A DNA stretch of 64,000 nt from an uncultured Butyrivibrio sp. (GTDB lineage Bacteria; Bacillota; Clostridia; Lachnospirales; Lachnospiraceae), in NCBI GenBank assembly GCA_910577605.1, contig CAJTON010000007.1, forward strand, positions 2,244-66,243, written 5' to 3'. Positions 31,722-42,121 of this stretch are shown here, piece by piece. Below the pieces are notes generated by a model that was not told where the DNA came from, did no database searches, and saw only the letters and a program-made list of their open reading frames with translations. Made by a program: the position numbers and the translations under genes. Numbering within the stretch: position 1 is the stretch's first letter; every line of letters starts with the position of its first letter.

Positions 31722-32774
31722 ATGTTTGACGTCTCATTCTATTCGGGGAAAAAGGTTTTTGTAACGGGGCATACGGGCTTTAAGGGCGCGTGGCTGTGCC
31801 ATATTCTGACAAACGCGGGAGCGGACGTGACAGGATACGCGCTTGCGCCTCCGACGGAGCCGTCGCTTTTTGAACTTGCAGACATCGCCGGAGATATTCG
31901 CTCAGTCACGGGCGACATACGCGACTATGACGCGTTAAAAAAAGCGTTTGACGAGGCAGCTCCGGAAATAGTGCTTCATCTTGCGGCGCAGCCCATCGTG
32001 CGCGAGAGCTACAAAAATCCCGCTTATACATACGAAACAAACGTGATGGGTACGGTCAATATACTTGAATGCATCCGTAATTCGGACTGCGTCAGGTCTT
32101 TTCTGAATGTGACGACGGACAAGGTCTATCTGAATAAGGAATGGGAATGGGGTTACAGGGAAAATGAAGAGCTGGACGGCTTTGACCCGTACTCAAATTC
32201 CAAATCGTGTTCGGAGCTTGTGACGCATTCCTATAAAAACAGTTTTTTTGCGGACGGCTCGGTCGCGGTATCGACGGCGAGAGCCGGAAACGTCATCGGA
32301 GGAGGGGATTTTGCGGCTGACAGGATAATACCCGACTGCGTGCGGTGCGCCGTAAAGGGCGAGGAGATCGTCGTCAGAAATCCTTTTTCCACAAGACCGT
32401 ATCAGCATGTGCTTGAGCCGCTGTACGCGTACCTTATGATCGCCGCGGGGCAGTACGGGGACGGCGCTTTGGCGGGCTGTTACAATGTGGGACCCGATGA
32501 CGCGGATTGTTTTCAGACGGGGGCGTTAGTCGATCTGTTCGTGGAGAAATGGGGCGGCGGTCTTAAATGGATAAACCGTTATGACGGCGGACCGCACGAG
32601 GCGAATTTTCTAAAGCTGGACTGCTCCAAGCTGAAGAAAACTTTTGACTGGAAGCCGCGCTGGAATCTGGAGACCGCCGTCGAGAAGGTCGTGGAATGGA
32701 GCAAATGCATGATAGCGGGCGGAGATATACGGGAATGCATGGACAGACAGATAGAGGAATTTTTGAAAGTATAA
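31722..32774 (+). CDS. rfbG: CDP-glucose 4,6-dehydratase
   Basis: VTGHTGFKGAW, HLAAQP, DPYSNSK, RAGNVIGGGD, RPYQHVLEP. Confidence 0.95.
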   Translation: MFDVSFYSGKKVFVTGHTGFKGAWLCHILTNAGADVTGYALAPPTEPSLFELADIAGDIRSVTGDIRDYDALKKAFDEAAPEIVLHLAAQPIVRESYKNPAYTYETNVMGTVNILECIRNSDCVRSFLNVTTDKVYLNKEWEWGYRENEELDGFDPYSNSKSCSELVTHSYKNSFFADGSVAVSTARAGNVIGGGDFAADRIIPDCVRCAVKGEEIVVRNPFSTRPYQHVLEPLYAYLMIAAGQYGDGALAGCYNVGPDDADCFQTGALVDLFVEKWGGGLKWINRYDGGPHEANFLKLDCSKLKKTFDWKPRWNLETAVEKVVEWSKCMIAGGDIRECMDRQIEEFLKV

Positions 32775-32799
32775 TCACGGGAGTTAGGAGAAGCGGATT

Positions 32800-34143
32800 A
32801 TGGCAGTATGGAAGAACGAGGAAGATGCGCGCGAACAGATAAAGGAGCTTGTGGCGCAGTATTACCATGATTTTAAGGAGAAAAAGGAACCGTACCGCGA
32901 GGGTGACCGCATCAACTACGCGGGGCGTGTTTTTGACGAAAAGGAAATGTGCGCCCTGACGGACGCGACGCTTGATTTTTGGCTTACTACGGGAAGATTT
33001 TCGGATAAGTTTGAAAGGGAGTTTGCGGAATGGATAGGCGTTAAATACGCGCATCTCGTGAACAGCGGCTCGTCTGCAAACCTTATCGCGTTTATGGCGC
33101 TGACCGCGCCGGAGCTTGGAGAAAGACAGATCAAAAGGGGCGACGAGGTGATAACCGTTGCCTGCGGATTTCCGACGACCATAACGCCGATTTTGCAGTA
33201 CGGCGCGGTTCCCGTGTTCGTTGACGTTACGGTTCCGCAGTACAACATAGACGTATCGAAGCTTGAGGAGGCGCGAAGCGGTAAGACAAAAGCCGTCATG
33301 ATCGCGCATACGCTCGGAAATCCGTTTGATATAGCCGCGGTGAAGGACTTCTGCGGCAAATACGGACTTTGGCTTATAGAGGATAACTGCGACGCTCTGG
33401 GAACGAAATATACTATTGACGGCGTTACGAAATATACAGGTACATGGGGGGATATAGGCACCAGCAGCTTTTATCCGCCTCATCATATGACTATGGGAGA
33501 GGGCGGCTGCGTTTATACGGACGACCCGCTGCTCCACAGGCTGATTTTGTCCTACCGTGACTGGGGACGCGACTGCATATGCCCTTCGGGACGTGATAAT
33601 TTCTGCGGACACCGTTATGACGGGCAGTACGGCGAACTGCCGCAGGGCTACGACCACAAATACGTTTACAGCCATTTCGGGTACAACCTTAAAGTGACCG
33701 ATATGCAGGCGGCAGTCGGGTGCGCGCAGCTTGAGAAATTTCCTTCTTTTATCGAAAAACGCAGACATAACTGGGAGAGACTGCGTGCCGCTCTGGAATG
33801 CGTTTCGGACAGGCTGACGCTTCCCGAAGCCGCCTCTGACAGCGTTCCTTCATGGTTCGGATTTCTGATAAGCGTAAAGCCCGAAAGCGGTCTGAAAAGG
33901 AACGACGTAACGAAATATATAGAGGATCACAATGTTCAGACAAGACTTCTGTTTTCGGGAAATATCATTAAGCAGCCTTGTTTTGACGAGATAAGAGGTA
34001 CGCAGGCGTACCGGATATCGGGAGATCTTGAGGTTACGGAATACATTATGAACAATACGTTCTGGGTCGGCGTGTATCCGGGAATGACGGATGATATGAT
34101 CGATTATATGGCGAAGGTGATAATCGAAGCTGTTTCTATGTGA
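32800..34143 (+). CDS. rfbH: CDP-4-keto-6-deoxyglucose 3-dehydratase (RfbH/DdhC)
   Basis: SFYPPHHMTMGEGG (His in place of Lys), DWGRDCIC, YDHKYVYSH. Confidence 0.93.
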   Translation: MAVWKNEEDAREQIKELVAQYYHDFKEKKEPYREGDRINYAGRVFDEKEMCALTDATLDFWLTTGRFSDKFEREFAEWIGVKYAHLVNSGSSANLIAFMALTAPELGERQIKRGDEVITVACGFPTTITPILQYGAVPVFVDVTVPQYNIDVSKLEEARSGKTKAVMIAHTLGNPFDIAAVKDFCGKYGLWLIEDNCDALGTKYTIDGVTKYTGTWGDIGTSSFYPPHHMTMGEGGCVYTDDPLLHRLILSYRDWGRDCICPSGRDNFCGHRYDGQYGELPQGYDHKYVYSHFGYNLKVTDMQAAVGCAQLEKFPSFIEKRRHNWERLRAALECVSDRLTLPEAASDSVPSWFGFLISVKPESGLKRNDVTKYIEDHNVQTRLLFSGNIIKQPCFDEIRGTQAYRISGDLEVTEYIMNNTFWVGVYPGMTDDMIDYMAKVIIEAVSM

Positions 34144-34158
34144 CAAGGAGATGGGATT

Positions 34159-35314
34159 ATGTATTATTCATTATCGGACGCGGCTAACCTGCTGCAGGGT
34201 CAGCCCATGTTTAAAATTCTTTCAAGAATAAAGGAGATGGAGCGCGCGGGAGAGCATAGGCGATCCGGATTTTACTACGCCAAACAACATCATTCAGGCA
34301 GGAATGCGCGCGCTTGAGGGCGGAAGCACTCATTATTCCGATTCCATGGGCGATTATGAGTTCAGAAGGCTTATAGCCAAGAACAATATGAATTCGCGGG
34401 GTTTTGAGCCAGAAATAGATCAGGTGCTTGTGACGCCGGGAGCTAATATTATGATATATTACGCGGTCCGCTGTCTGGTGAATCCGGGCGACGAGGTGAT
34501 CGTGCAGAATCCCTGCTTTCCGACGTATCTTTCCGTGTTTTCCTTCTGCGGCGTGAAGCCAGTGGCGGTTCCTCTCAAGGAGGAGAACGAGTTCCGGCTT
34601 GACCCGAAGGATCTGGAGGAGCGCATTACGGATAAAACACGTCTGATAATCCTGAACAGTCCTCACAATCCCACAGGGGCCGTTATGCGCAGGGAGGAAC
34701 TGGAGGAGGTTGCCGAGATAGCGATAAAGCACAGGATATATCTGTATCTTGACGAGATCTATTCGAGAATGAATTACGGCGAAACACCGTTTTACAGTCC
34801 TTCGATAATTGATAAATGTAAGGATTATCTGATTCTGGCAAACGGCTTTTCAAAAGCGTTCGCCATGACGGGATGGCGTCTTGGAGTCGGGATAGGACCT
34901 AAGCATGTTATGGAAAAAATGGGGCTGCTGCTTCAGACTACTTCCTCATGCGTGCCGAGCTTTATACAGAAGGCGGGTATAGAAGCCATACTCGGAGATC
35001 AGAACCCGGTCAGGGAAATGATGAGTACATATAAAAGGAGAAGGGATCTGCTTGTGGCGGGACTTAACAGCATAGACAAGATAGAGTGCCTTAATCCGGG
35101 CGGCGCTTTTTATGTGTTCCCTAATATCAAAAAAACCGGACTGTCTAGCAACGAATTTGCGGGCAGGCTTTTGGAAGAGGGAAAGGTCGGGGTGTGCTCA
35201 GGCAGTGATTTCGGCAGCAGCGGAGAGGGATATATCCGTCTTTGCTACGCCGTATCCGAAGCGGAGATTTCAGAGGGCATCAGGCGTATCAAGGCTTTTG
35301 TAGAGCATCTGTAA
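34159..35314 (+). pseudogene. Class I/II PLP aminotransferase with a frameshift near 34256
   Basis: RBS-led MYYSLSDAANLLQGQPMFK...GEH in one frame; IGDPDF...NSPHNPTG, DEIY, SKAFAMTGWRLG in another. Confidence 0.8.
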
Positions 35315-35327
35315 AAGGAGAGTTAAT

Positions 35328-37127
35328 ATGAGAGTATGCGATTTGATAGCTAATAAAATATACGAAGAAGGAATCAAAGACGTATTTATGGTGTCGGGCG
35401 GAGGACTGATGTATCTGACGGACGGTCTTGCGTGCAATACCGATTTACGCAAAATCTGCTGTCACCATGAGCAAGCTGCGGCGATGGCGGCGGTGGGCTA
35501 CGCGAAATATTCCGGCATGGGCTGCGCGTATGTGACCACGGGCTGCGGCGGCACAAACGCGATGACGGGACTTTTGAACGCGTGGCAGGACAATGTTCCC
35601 TGTATTTTTGTATCGGGACAGTGTAAAATAAAAGAAACGCTCGGATATATCGGACTTCCCATACGTCAGGTGGGAGTGCAGGAGGCCGACATAGTCACTC
35701 TGGTTTCTTCTATAACCAAATATGCCGTTATGGTGGAGAAGCCGGAGGACGTGCTTTATCACCTTGAGAAAGCTTTTTATCTGGCAAGGAGCGGCAGACC
35801 GGGACCCGTGTGGATAGACGTTCCGATGGACGTTCAATCGGCGGAGATAGAGCCGGACGCTTTGAAACACTTTTCTCCGCGCGAACAGGCTGCGGCAAAG
35901 GAAGAACCGTCGGAATGGGAAATTTCCGGTCTTGTATACGAGCTTTCAAAGGCGAAAAGACCCGTTATAATTGCGGGACACGGAGTCAGACTGGCGGGAG
36001 CGGTAAAGGAGTTTTGCGAACTTGTGCATAAGTTTGGCATACCGGTGGTATGCTCGCGCATGGGGACGGACGTGCTGCCCACAACGGACGAACTCAATAT
36101 CGGAAGGATAGGCAATAAGGGAACCCGCGCGGCGAACTTTGCGGTGCAGAACGCAGATCTTGTGATAGCGATAGGAAGCCGCTTAAGCGTCAGCAGCACC
36201 GGACAGCAGTACGAGTATTTTGCGAGAGAGGCGAAGGTAATAGCCGTTGATATAGACCCCTACGAGCATATGAAGAACACGGTACATGTCGATCAGGTTA
36301 TCGTGGCTGACGCGAAGCGGGTCATAGAAAAACTCTTGAAAGCGGACGGACTTCTTTTGCGCGGTTACGAAGAATGGGCGAAGATATGCCTTGAATGGAA
36401 AAACAAATATCCGGTCTGTCTTAAAGAATATTACGACGATTCCAACGGAATAAATATGTATGTGTTCGTCGAGGAGCTTTCCAAAGCGATTAAGGACGAT
36501 TCCGTTCTTGTGACCGACGCGGGTTCGGCGGTATATGTTCCCGCGCAGGGATTAAAAACGCGCAGCGCCTCTCAGAGATACATCACAAGCGGCGCGCAGG
36601 CTGAAATGGGATTTACGCTTCCCGCCGCCATAGGAGTATGTATGGCAAGGAACGCGGGACAGACCTTGGGAATAACCGGAGACGGAAGCCTGCAGATGAA
36701 TATTCAGGAGCTTCAGACCTTGGCGCATTACCGTCTGTCCGTCAAGCTCTTTGTATGGAACAACGACGGCTATTTGTCCATAAGGGCGACGCAGAGGAAA
36801 TTCTTTGACGGCAGATTCATAGGTACGGACAGTACGTCGGGAGTATCTTTTCCCGATCTGGAGAAAATAGCGGCGGCATACGGGCTGCGTTATTTCAGAA
36901 TGGATAAGATAGACATGATGCAGGAGCAGTTTGCCGAAATTCTTGCGGACGATGAGCCTGTTATATGCGAGGTGATGTCGGTGCGCGATCAGGCGGTCAT
37001 GCCGTCCGTCAGCTCAAAGCAGCTTGAGGACGGAAGGCTTGTGTCGGCTCCGATAGAGGATATGTTTCCTTTTCTTCCGAGAGAAGAATTTCTCGCCAAT
37101 ATGATAGTAAAACCGATAGAGGAATGA
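35328..37127 (+). CDS. Thiamine pyrophosphate-dependent enzyme (YerE/acetolactate synthase-like)
   Basis: HHEQAAAMAA, GRPGPVWID, GDGSLQMNIQEL, NNDGY; located in CDP-sugar cluster. Confidence 0.88.
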   Translation: MRVCDLIANKIYEEGIKDVFMVSGGGLMYLTDGLACNTDLRKICCHHEQAAAMAAVGYAKYSGMGCAYVTTGCGGTNAMTGLLNAWQDNVPCIFVSGQCKIKETLGYIGLPIRQVGVQEADIVTLVSSITKYAVMVEKPEDVLYHLEKAFYLARSGRPGPVWIDVPMDVQSAEIEPDALKHFSPREQAAAKEEPSEWEISGLVYELSKAKRPVIIAGHGVRLAGAVKEFCELVHKFGIPVVCSRMGTDVLPTTDELNIGRIGNKGTRAANFAVQNADLVIAIGSRLSVSSTGQQYEYFAREAKVIAVDIDPYEHMKNTVHVDQVIVADAKRVIEKLLKADGLLLRGYEEWAKICLEWKNKYPVCLKEYYDDSNGINMYVFVEELSKAIKDDSVLVTDAGSAVYVPAQGLKTRSASQRYITSGAQAEMGFTLPAAIGVCMARNAGQTLGITGDGSLQMNIQELQTLAHYRLSVKLFVWNNDGYLSIRATQRKFFDGRFIGTDSTSGVSFPDLEKIAAAYGLRYFRMDKIDMMQEQFAEILADDEPVICEVMSVRDQAVMPSVSSKQLEDGRLVSAPIEDMFPFLPREEFLANMIVKPIEE

Positions 37128-38077
37128 TTGGTAAAACGGAGAAGGATATGGAAAATATAGTTGTGACCGGAGCCACAAGCATGCTTGGCATCGCTTTGAT
37201 TGAAGCGGCGCTGAGAGATGGTGAAGTCAGAAAAATATACGCCGTCGTCCGCGAGGACACTCAAAAGGCTGACAGGCTCCCGAAGGATTCGAGAGTAGAG
37301 CTTGTGCGCTGCGGCATTGAGGATTACAAAAGCTTACCTGATAAAATAAGAAACGCCGACGTGTTTTATCATTTTGCGTGGAAGCTTACGGGGAGGCAGC
37401 GCAATACCGATATTCATGTGCAGGCGGACAATATCGGCTATGCGCTGGACGCTCTTTCGGCCGCCGCAAAGTTAGGCTGCAATAAATTTGTGGGCGCCGG
37501 CTCGCAGGCGGAGTACGGCGATACCGTTTCGGAAAAAATGTCGCCCGATACGCCCGCGAATCCCGCGGACGCTTACGGCACCGCCAAATTCTGCGCGGGA
37601 AAACTTGCCATGCAGGAGGCAGAACGTCTCGGCATGGACTGTTTTTGGGTGCGTGTGCTTAGCGTTTACGGCGAGTACGATACGCCGACAACTATGGTTA
37701 GCTCGACCGTCGCCGCGCTTATGCGCGGGGAAAGCCCCGAATTTACGCCTGCTGGAAATATCTGGGATTTTCTGTACAGCGGCGACGCCGGAAAAGCTTT
37801 TTATATGATTGGTAAGAACGCGCGGGGAAATAAAATATACTGTCTTGGCAGCGGAGAAGGGAGATTGCTCAGGGAGTATATTGAAACGATCGGCAGGGTC
37901 GTAAATCCTGACGTTGATCTGCGAATAGGAGTGCTCCCGTATCCGAACGGCGCGCCAAGAAATATTCTCGCCGACATTTCAGGGCTTTCACGGGACACAG
38001 GCTGGTCGCCAGAAACAAGCTTTGACGAGGGTATAAGAAGAGTGCTTCTTTTTATGAGGGAGAGGGAAAAAGCGTAA
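37124..38077 (+). CDS. NAD-dependent epimerase/dehydratase/reductase
   Basis: VTGATSMLG, GSQAEYG, YGTAK. Confidence 0.88.
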   Translation: MIGKTEKDMENIVVTGATSMLGIALIEAALRDGEVRKIYAVVREDTQKADRLPKDSRVELVRCGIEDYKSLPDKIRNADVFYHFAWKLTGRQRNTDIHVQADNIGYALDALSAAAKLGCNKFVGAGSQAEYGDTVSEKMSPDTPANPADAYGTAKFCAGKLAMQEAERLGMDCFWVRVLSVYGEYDTPTTMVSSTVAALMRGESPEFTPAGNIWDFLYSGDAGKAFYMIGKNARGNKIYCLGSGEGRLLREYIETIGRVVNPDVDLRIGVLPYPNGAPRNILADISGLSRDTGWSPETSFDEGIRRVLLFMREREKA

Positions 38078-38102
38078 ATATATTTATAGGGAGGAAACGC
38101 GA

Positions 38103-38633
38103 ATGGGAATGTTTTCAAAGAAATCAAAAGAACTGGTATATGACGCAGCGCAGTGCGCCGCAAAGAAGAAGCGTATGCGCGAGATGTTCAACGAGGCGGT
38201 CGAGGACGGGGACGATTATGAGATTCTCCACGCGACGCAGACAAGCTCCAAATTTGAGCGCGGATTTGTTTTCGATACGACTACAACAAGCTTTTATTAC
38301 TACATACTGGGATACCGCGCCGATTTCGGCAAGGTCGTGATGGTGCAGACCGACAGGGAACTGACGCGGCACAGCGAAGCGGTTTTCATTGATATGTATT
38401 CGGTTGACGGAATAAGCTACAACCCCAAATATTCGCAGGTATGTCTGAAATATAAGAAGGGCTGCGGAACTTACGGAGAGATATTGAATATAGGGGATTC
38501 GGGCAGCAAAACGATGTACGGGATCGCCGATATGGTGCAGAAGGAGGAACGCGAAAAATTTCTTGATTTTCTTGAGGAGGAGCGCAGCCGCCTGCTGTCG
38601 GAGGGTTATAAGCAGGAAAAATGGAAACGCTGA
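38103..38633 (+). CDS. Hypothetical protein
   Basis: GGAGG RBS, 176-aa ORF with host-like codon usage. Confidence 0.7.
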   Translation: MGMFSKKSKELVYDAAQCAAKKKRMREMFNEAVEDGDDYEILHATQTSSKFERGFVFDTTTTSFYYYILGYRADFGKVVMVQTDRELTRHSEAVFIDMYSVDGISYNPKYSQVCLKYKKGCGTYGEILNIGDSGSKTMYGIADMVQKEEREKFLDFLEEERSRLLSEGYKQEKWKR

Positions 38634-38644
38634 TTTCGTTCTAA

Positions 38645-38724
38645 CTATTTCAAAATATTTTTAAATAGCGCTTGCAAAGCAGGCGCTTTTATATTATAAT
38701 CTATTTAAATAAATTTTTAAATAC
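38645..38724 (+). promoter_or_regulatory. Sigma-A promoter flanked by two palindromic ArsR/SdpR-type operators
   Basis: TTGCAA-17bp-TATAAT (38672-38700); CTATTTCAAAATATTTTTAAATAG (38645-38668) and CTATTTAAATAAATTTTTAAATAC (38701-38724). Confidence 0.7.
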
Positions 38725-38824
38725 TTTACTTATGTGCGGGAAAACAGCGCATAATCAAGGAAACACTCTTCGGGTATACCATTATGTGTTGAGAAGCAAC
38801 ACATTAGCAAAGAAAGGAGCGGTT

Positions 38825-39193
38825 ATGGCATTAGGGGATACGTTCAAAGCGCTTTCGGAGGCGCTGCGGCGCCGGATACTGGTGATGCTGCGGGAGGGCA
38901 GAATGACGGCGGGCGACATCGCAAAGCGCCTGGGTATAACTCCGGCGGCACTGTCATATCATCTGTCGATGTTAAAAAAGTGCGATCTGGTGACTGAATA
39001 CAAGGTAAAAAATTATGTATACTATGAGCTTAACACATCAGTGCTTGACGAGGTGGCTCTATGGTTCGGACAGTTGGGAGGAAAGAAAAATGAAAACGAG
39101 AACAAGGATCCTTTGGCTGATAACGCTTCTTCCGATGATAATAGCGGCGGCAGCGGTTCAGTTTATGCCGGACAGAATGCCGGCTCATTATAA
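38825..39193 (+). CDS. sdpR: ArsR-family autorepressor, SdpR-like
   Basis: TFKALS..RRRIL, ALSYHLSMLK, YYELNTSV; directly precedes SdpI-like gene. Confidence 0.8.
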   Translation: MALGDTFKALSEALRRRILVMLREGRMTAGDIAKRLGITPAALSYHLSMLKKCDLVTEYKVKNYVYYELNTSVLDEVALWFGQLGGKKNENENKDPLADNASSDDNSGGSGSVYAGQNAGSL

Positions 39194-39803
39194 TTTTCAG
39201 GGCGAAATAGATAGGTGGGGCTCCAAATACGAGAACTTCATTATGCCTGTCATTATAATAATTATGACGGCGGTATGGGTCCTGACGATTGCGGGAATGA
39301 ATAAAAAGGCGGCGAGACAGGACATTACGGAGAAGCAGCGAAAGGAGGCGGCATCAAACGCTAATGTTATGTTTTATGTAGCGGTTGCAATGACGTTGTT
39401 TGAAACGGCTCTGTATTGCGTGATGCTTTGTGTGGATTTTCAGGCTGTTGAAAAGAACGCGTCTGCGTTTACTGTGGATTTCTATAAAATAAGCGCTGTG
39501 CTGATAGGTGTTTTTACCGCTGTCATAGGCAATGTCGTTCCTAAGCTTAAACGCAACGCGCTTATCGGAGTGAGAACGAAATGGAGCCTTGAGGACGACG
39601 AAAACTGGAGCGCGACCAACCGTTTCGGCGGCGGACTTCTGATGATAGGCGGACTGCTTACGGTAACGGAAGCTCTCATTCTTGGAGGTCCTGCGTCGTT
39701 GATCGTCGCTTTGGCGATTCTTCTTGCTTGTAGCGGTATGTGTGTGTTATACTCATATCTGGTATACAAAAAAAGAAAGCGCACTGAACAAAATGGGGAA
39801 TAA
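39090..39803 (+). CDS. sdpI: SdpI/DUF1648 family immunity membrane protein
   Basis: MPDRMPAHYNFQGEIDRWGSK, NALIGVRTKWSL..W..TNRFGG. Confidence 0.85.
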   Translation: MKTRTRILWLITLLPMIIAAAAVQFMPDRMPAHYNFQGEIDRWGSKYENFIMPVIIIIMTAVWVLTIAGMNKKAARQDITEKQRKEAASNANVMFYVAVAMTLFETALYCVMLCVDFQAVEKNASAFTVDFYKISAVLIGVFTAVIGNVVPKLKRNALIGVRTKWSLEDDENWSATNRFGGGLLMIGGLLTVTEALILGGPASLIVALAILLACSGMCVLYSYLVYKKRKRTEQNGE

Positions 39804-40872
39804 AAAAATTTATAATGGTGTTATCGACTGGTGGAAACTGGTATTCTGCACGGTCATTCTGATAATGCATGTGGGCGAATTTTTTAACGAAGGATTTTAT
39901 CTGTTTGAGCATGGCGGCTATGCCGTCGAGTTTTTCTTTATCGTGTCGGGATATTTTATGTGCGCGCATGCGATGAAGCAGGAGCCGTCCGCCGGTCTGA
40001 GGAATATAGGCCGTGAGAATATAAAATTCATATCCGGCAAAATAAAGACCGTTCTTCCGGCGTATATCTACGCATGGCTTCTGGCGTTCGCAATGTATAT
40101 CTACAAGACGGGGATTGATGTATTAAAAAACGACGGCGTAAGAGCTTTTGTACTTAAAATCGTATACGCGCTCCCCAACCTGCTTCTGCTTGATATGGGA
40201 GGCATAAAGGGAACGGAGATACTGGGAGTTTCGTGGTATGTTTCGGCAATGCTTATAGTCATGTTCATAACCTATCCCATGCTCAGAAAATGGGGGCGGA
40301 ATTACTGTCTCATTGCAGCGCCGCTTATCGCGCTTCTTCTGTCAGGCTTCTATTCGTCGAGGTTCGGAGCGTATGAGGGCAGATATTTCTGGACCGGAAT
40401 AATGCATCATGGGCTTCTGCGCGGTTTTGTGAGCATAAATATAGGCTGCTTTGCCTATGAGGTCTCAGTCTTTCTTAAAGACAAGACGGATCCGGGCGGC
40501 GTTAAGCGGACCCTTATATGTCTGGCGGAGCCTGCCGCCTATATAAGCGCGCTTGCGCTTATGCACTTCGGAGACGACAGGGCGTTGAATATAATAAATA
40601 TACTGTTATTGATCGGCGTTTCGGTAACGATGAGCGGACGCAGTTTTTTTGCCTCAATATGTGATAACGGCGTATGCCGTTTCATGGGCAGACTGAGCCT
40701 TTGGGTGTATTTCTGTCAGTCTCCGGCAAGAATGTTCGTTCTCAAAAGGTTTCCGGACTGCTCATATAAACGTGCGTTTGTGCTGATATTCGGACTTACC
40801 GCGCTTCTTACGGCTGTCGGAATGGGAATGCACGCGCTTATCTCAAAACGTAAAAACGGAGGAAAAATTTGA
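39793..40872 (+). CDS. Acyltransferase family 3 membrane protein
   Basis: VEFFFIVSGYF, WYVSA, about 10 TM segments. Confidence 0.8.
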   Translation: MGNKKIYNGVIDWWKLVFCTVILIMHVGEFFNEGFYLFEHGGYAVEFFFIVSGYFMCAHAMKQEPSAGLRNIGRENIKFISGKIKTVLPAYIYAWLLAFAMYIYKTGIDVLKNDGVRAFVLKIVYALPNLLLLDMGGIKGTEILGVSWYVSAMLIVMFITYPMLRKWGRNYCLIAAPLIALLLSGFYSSRFGAYEGRYFWTGIMHHGLLRGFVSINIGCFAYEVSVFLKDKTDPGGVKRTLICLAEPAAYISALALMHFGDDRALNIINILLLIGVSVTMSGRSFFASICDNGVCRFMGRLSLWVYFCQSPARMFVLKRFPDCSYKRAFVLIFGLTALLTAVGMGMHALISKRKNGGKI

Positions 40873-41480
40873 GCGATTATATTTTTTTGTTCGATCTTGA
40901 TTCGACGATCACAAAGGTCGAGATACTGCCCGTGGTTGCGAAGCATCTGCCGGACAAAAGTATGTGGAATAAAATAAAAGAAATCACGGAGCGGACCATG
41001 CAGGGAGAGATACCGTTTGAGGAGAGCTTCCGCAAGCGCATAGGACTGCTTTCGGACGTTTCGGTCAGCACCATAAAAGCTGTTATCGCCGATATTCCGC
41101 TTAATAAGAAGCTCGCGGATTTTATCAGGGAGAATAAAGAACGGTGCTATATGGTCACGGGAAATCTTGACGTATGGATAGAGGGACTTCTGCCGAAGCT
41201 GGGACTTGAGGGAAGATGCTTCTGTTCGAGGACGACCGTGGAAAACGACAGGATAGTACGCGTTGACGAGGTCATGGACAAGGGCAGCGTGATAAAGAGT
41301 ATGCCCAGACCTTTTGTGGCGGTTGGCGACGGCGATAACGACGCGGAGATGATAGGCGCTGCCGATGTGGGAATAGGCTTCGGCGGCGTCAGGGATATAG
41401 CGGAGTCGGTTCTAAAAAACGCCACTCACGCGGCGTATTCGGAGGAAGTATTATGTCAGTTTCTAAGACAATTGTTATAA
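40869..41480 (+). CDS. HAD-IB phosphatase (phosphoserine phosphatase-like)
   Basis: FDLDSTIT, GDGDND. Confidence 0.85.
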   Translation: MSDYIFLFDLDSTITKVEILPVVAKHLPDKSMWNKIKEITERTMQGEIPFEESFRKRIGLLSDVSVSTIKAVIADIPLNKKLADFIRENKERCYMVTGNLDVWIEGLLPKLGLEGRCFCSRTTVENDRIVRVDEVMDKGSVIKSMPRPFVAVGDGDNDAEMIGAADVGIGFGGVRDIAESVLKNATHAAYSEEVLCQFLRQLL

Positions 41481-42106
41481 GCTGCGCCGGAATGGGGACA
41501 AGGCTGGGGATCGGAACCACCAAGGCGCTTGTAAGCGTTGACGGAAAGCCTCTCATAATAAGACAGCTTGAGCTGCTCGGCGATTATGACGATATCCGCA
41601 TAGTGGTGGGTTATCAGATGGAAAAAGTGATAGAAACGGTACGGGCGTACCGGAACGACGTGCTTTTTGTTTTCAACCATAATTACAGGAATACAGGAAC
41701 GGGCGGGAGTTTTTCGCTTGCGATGAAGCACGCGCGCGAGTATATAGTGCCGCTTGACGGGGATCTTCTGGTACACCCCGAAGATTTGAAAATGATACTT
41801 GAAAGCGACGGGGAATGTGTATGCGGGGCGGAGCCGGGAACGGACAACCCCATGCTTATGACCACCCAAACCGCCGCGGACGGAAGGATCTACGCAACAG
41901 GCTTTTCAAGGGAACGGGGAGAATATGAGTGGACGGGACTCGCGCAGGTGAGGACGGACAGGCTTAAACCCGGACAGACACATGTGTGCGATATGCTTGA
42001 GGGACTTCTGCCGCTGCCCATGGTGAAGATACGCACCAAGGAAATAGACACCATGAACGATTACAGACACGCGGTAGAGTGGATAAGGAACAATTATCAG
42101 GATTAA
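41453..42106 (+). CDS. LicC-like NTP transferase
   Basis: CAGMGTRLG...K, DGDL, EIDT. Confidence 0.8.
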   Translation: MSVSKTIVISCAGMGTRLGIGTTKALVSVDGKPLIIRQLELLGDYDDIRIVVGYQMEKVIETVRAYRNDVLFVFNHNYRNTGTGGSFSLAMKHAREYIVPLDGDLLVHPEDLKMILESDGECVCGAEPGTDNPMLMTTQTAADGRIYATGFSRERGEYEWTGLAQVRTDRLKPGQTHVCDMLEGLLPLPMVKIRTKEIDTMNDYRHAVEWIRNNYQD

Positions 42107-42121
42107 TTTGAGGGGGATGCA

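Noticed and set aside
32563..33768. 401-aa minus-strand ORF
   Set aside because: Antisense shadow of rfbG/rfbH
38730..38815. Hairpins in the sdpR 5' UTR as a riboswitch
   Set aside because: No known aptamer motif or U-tract terminator recognised
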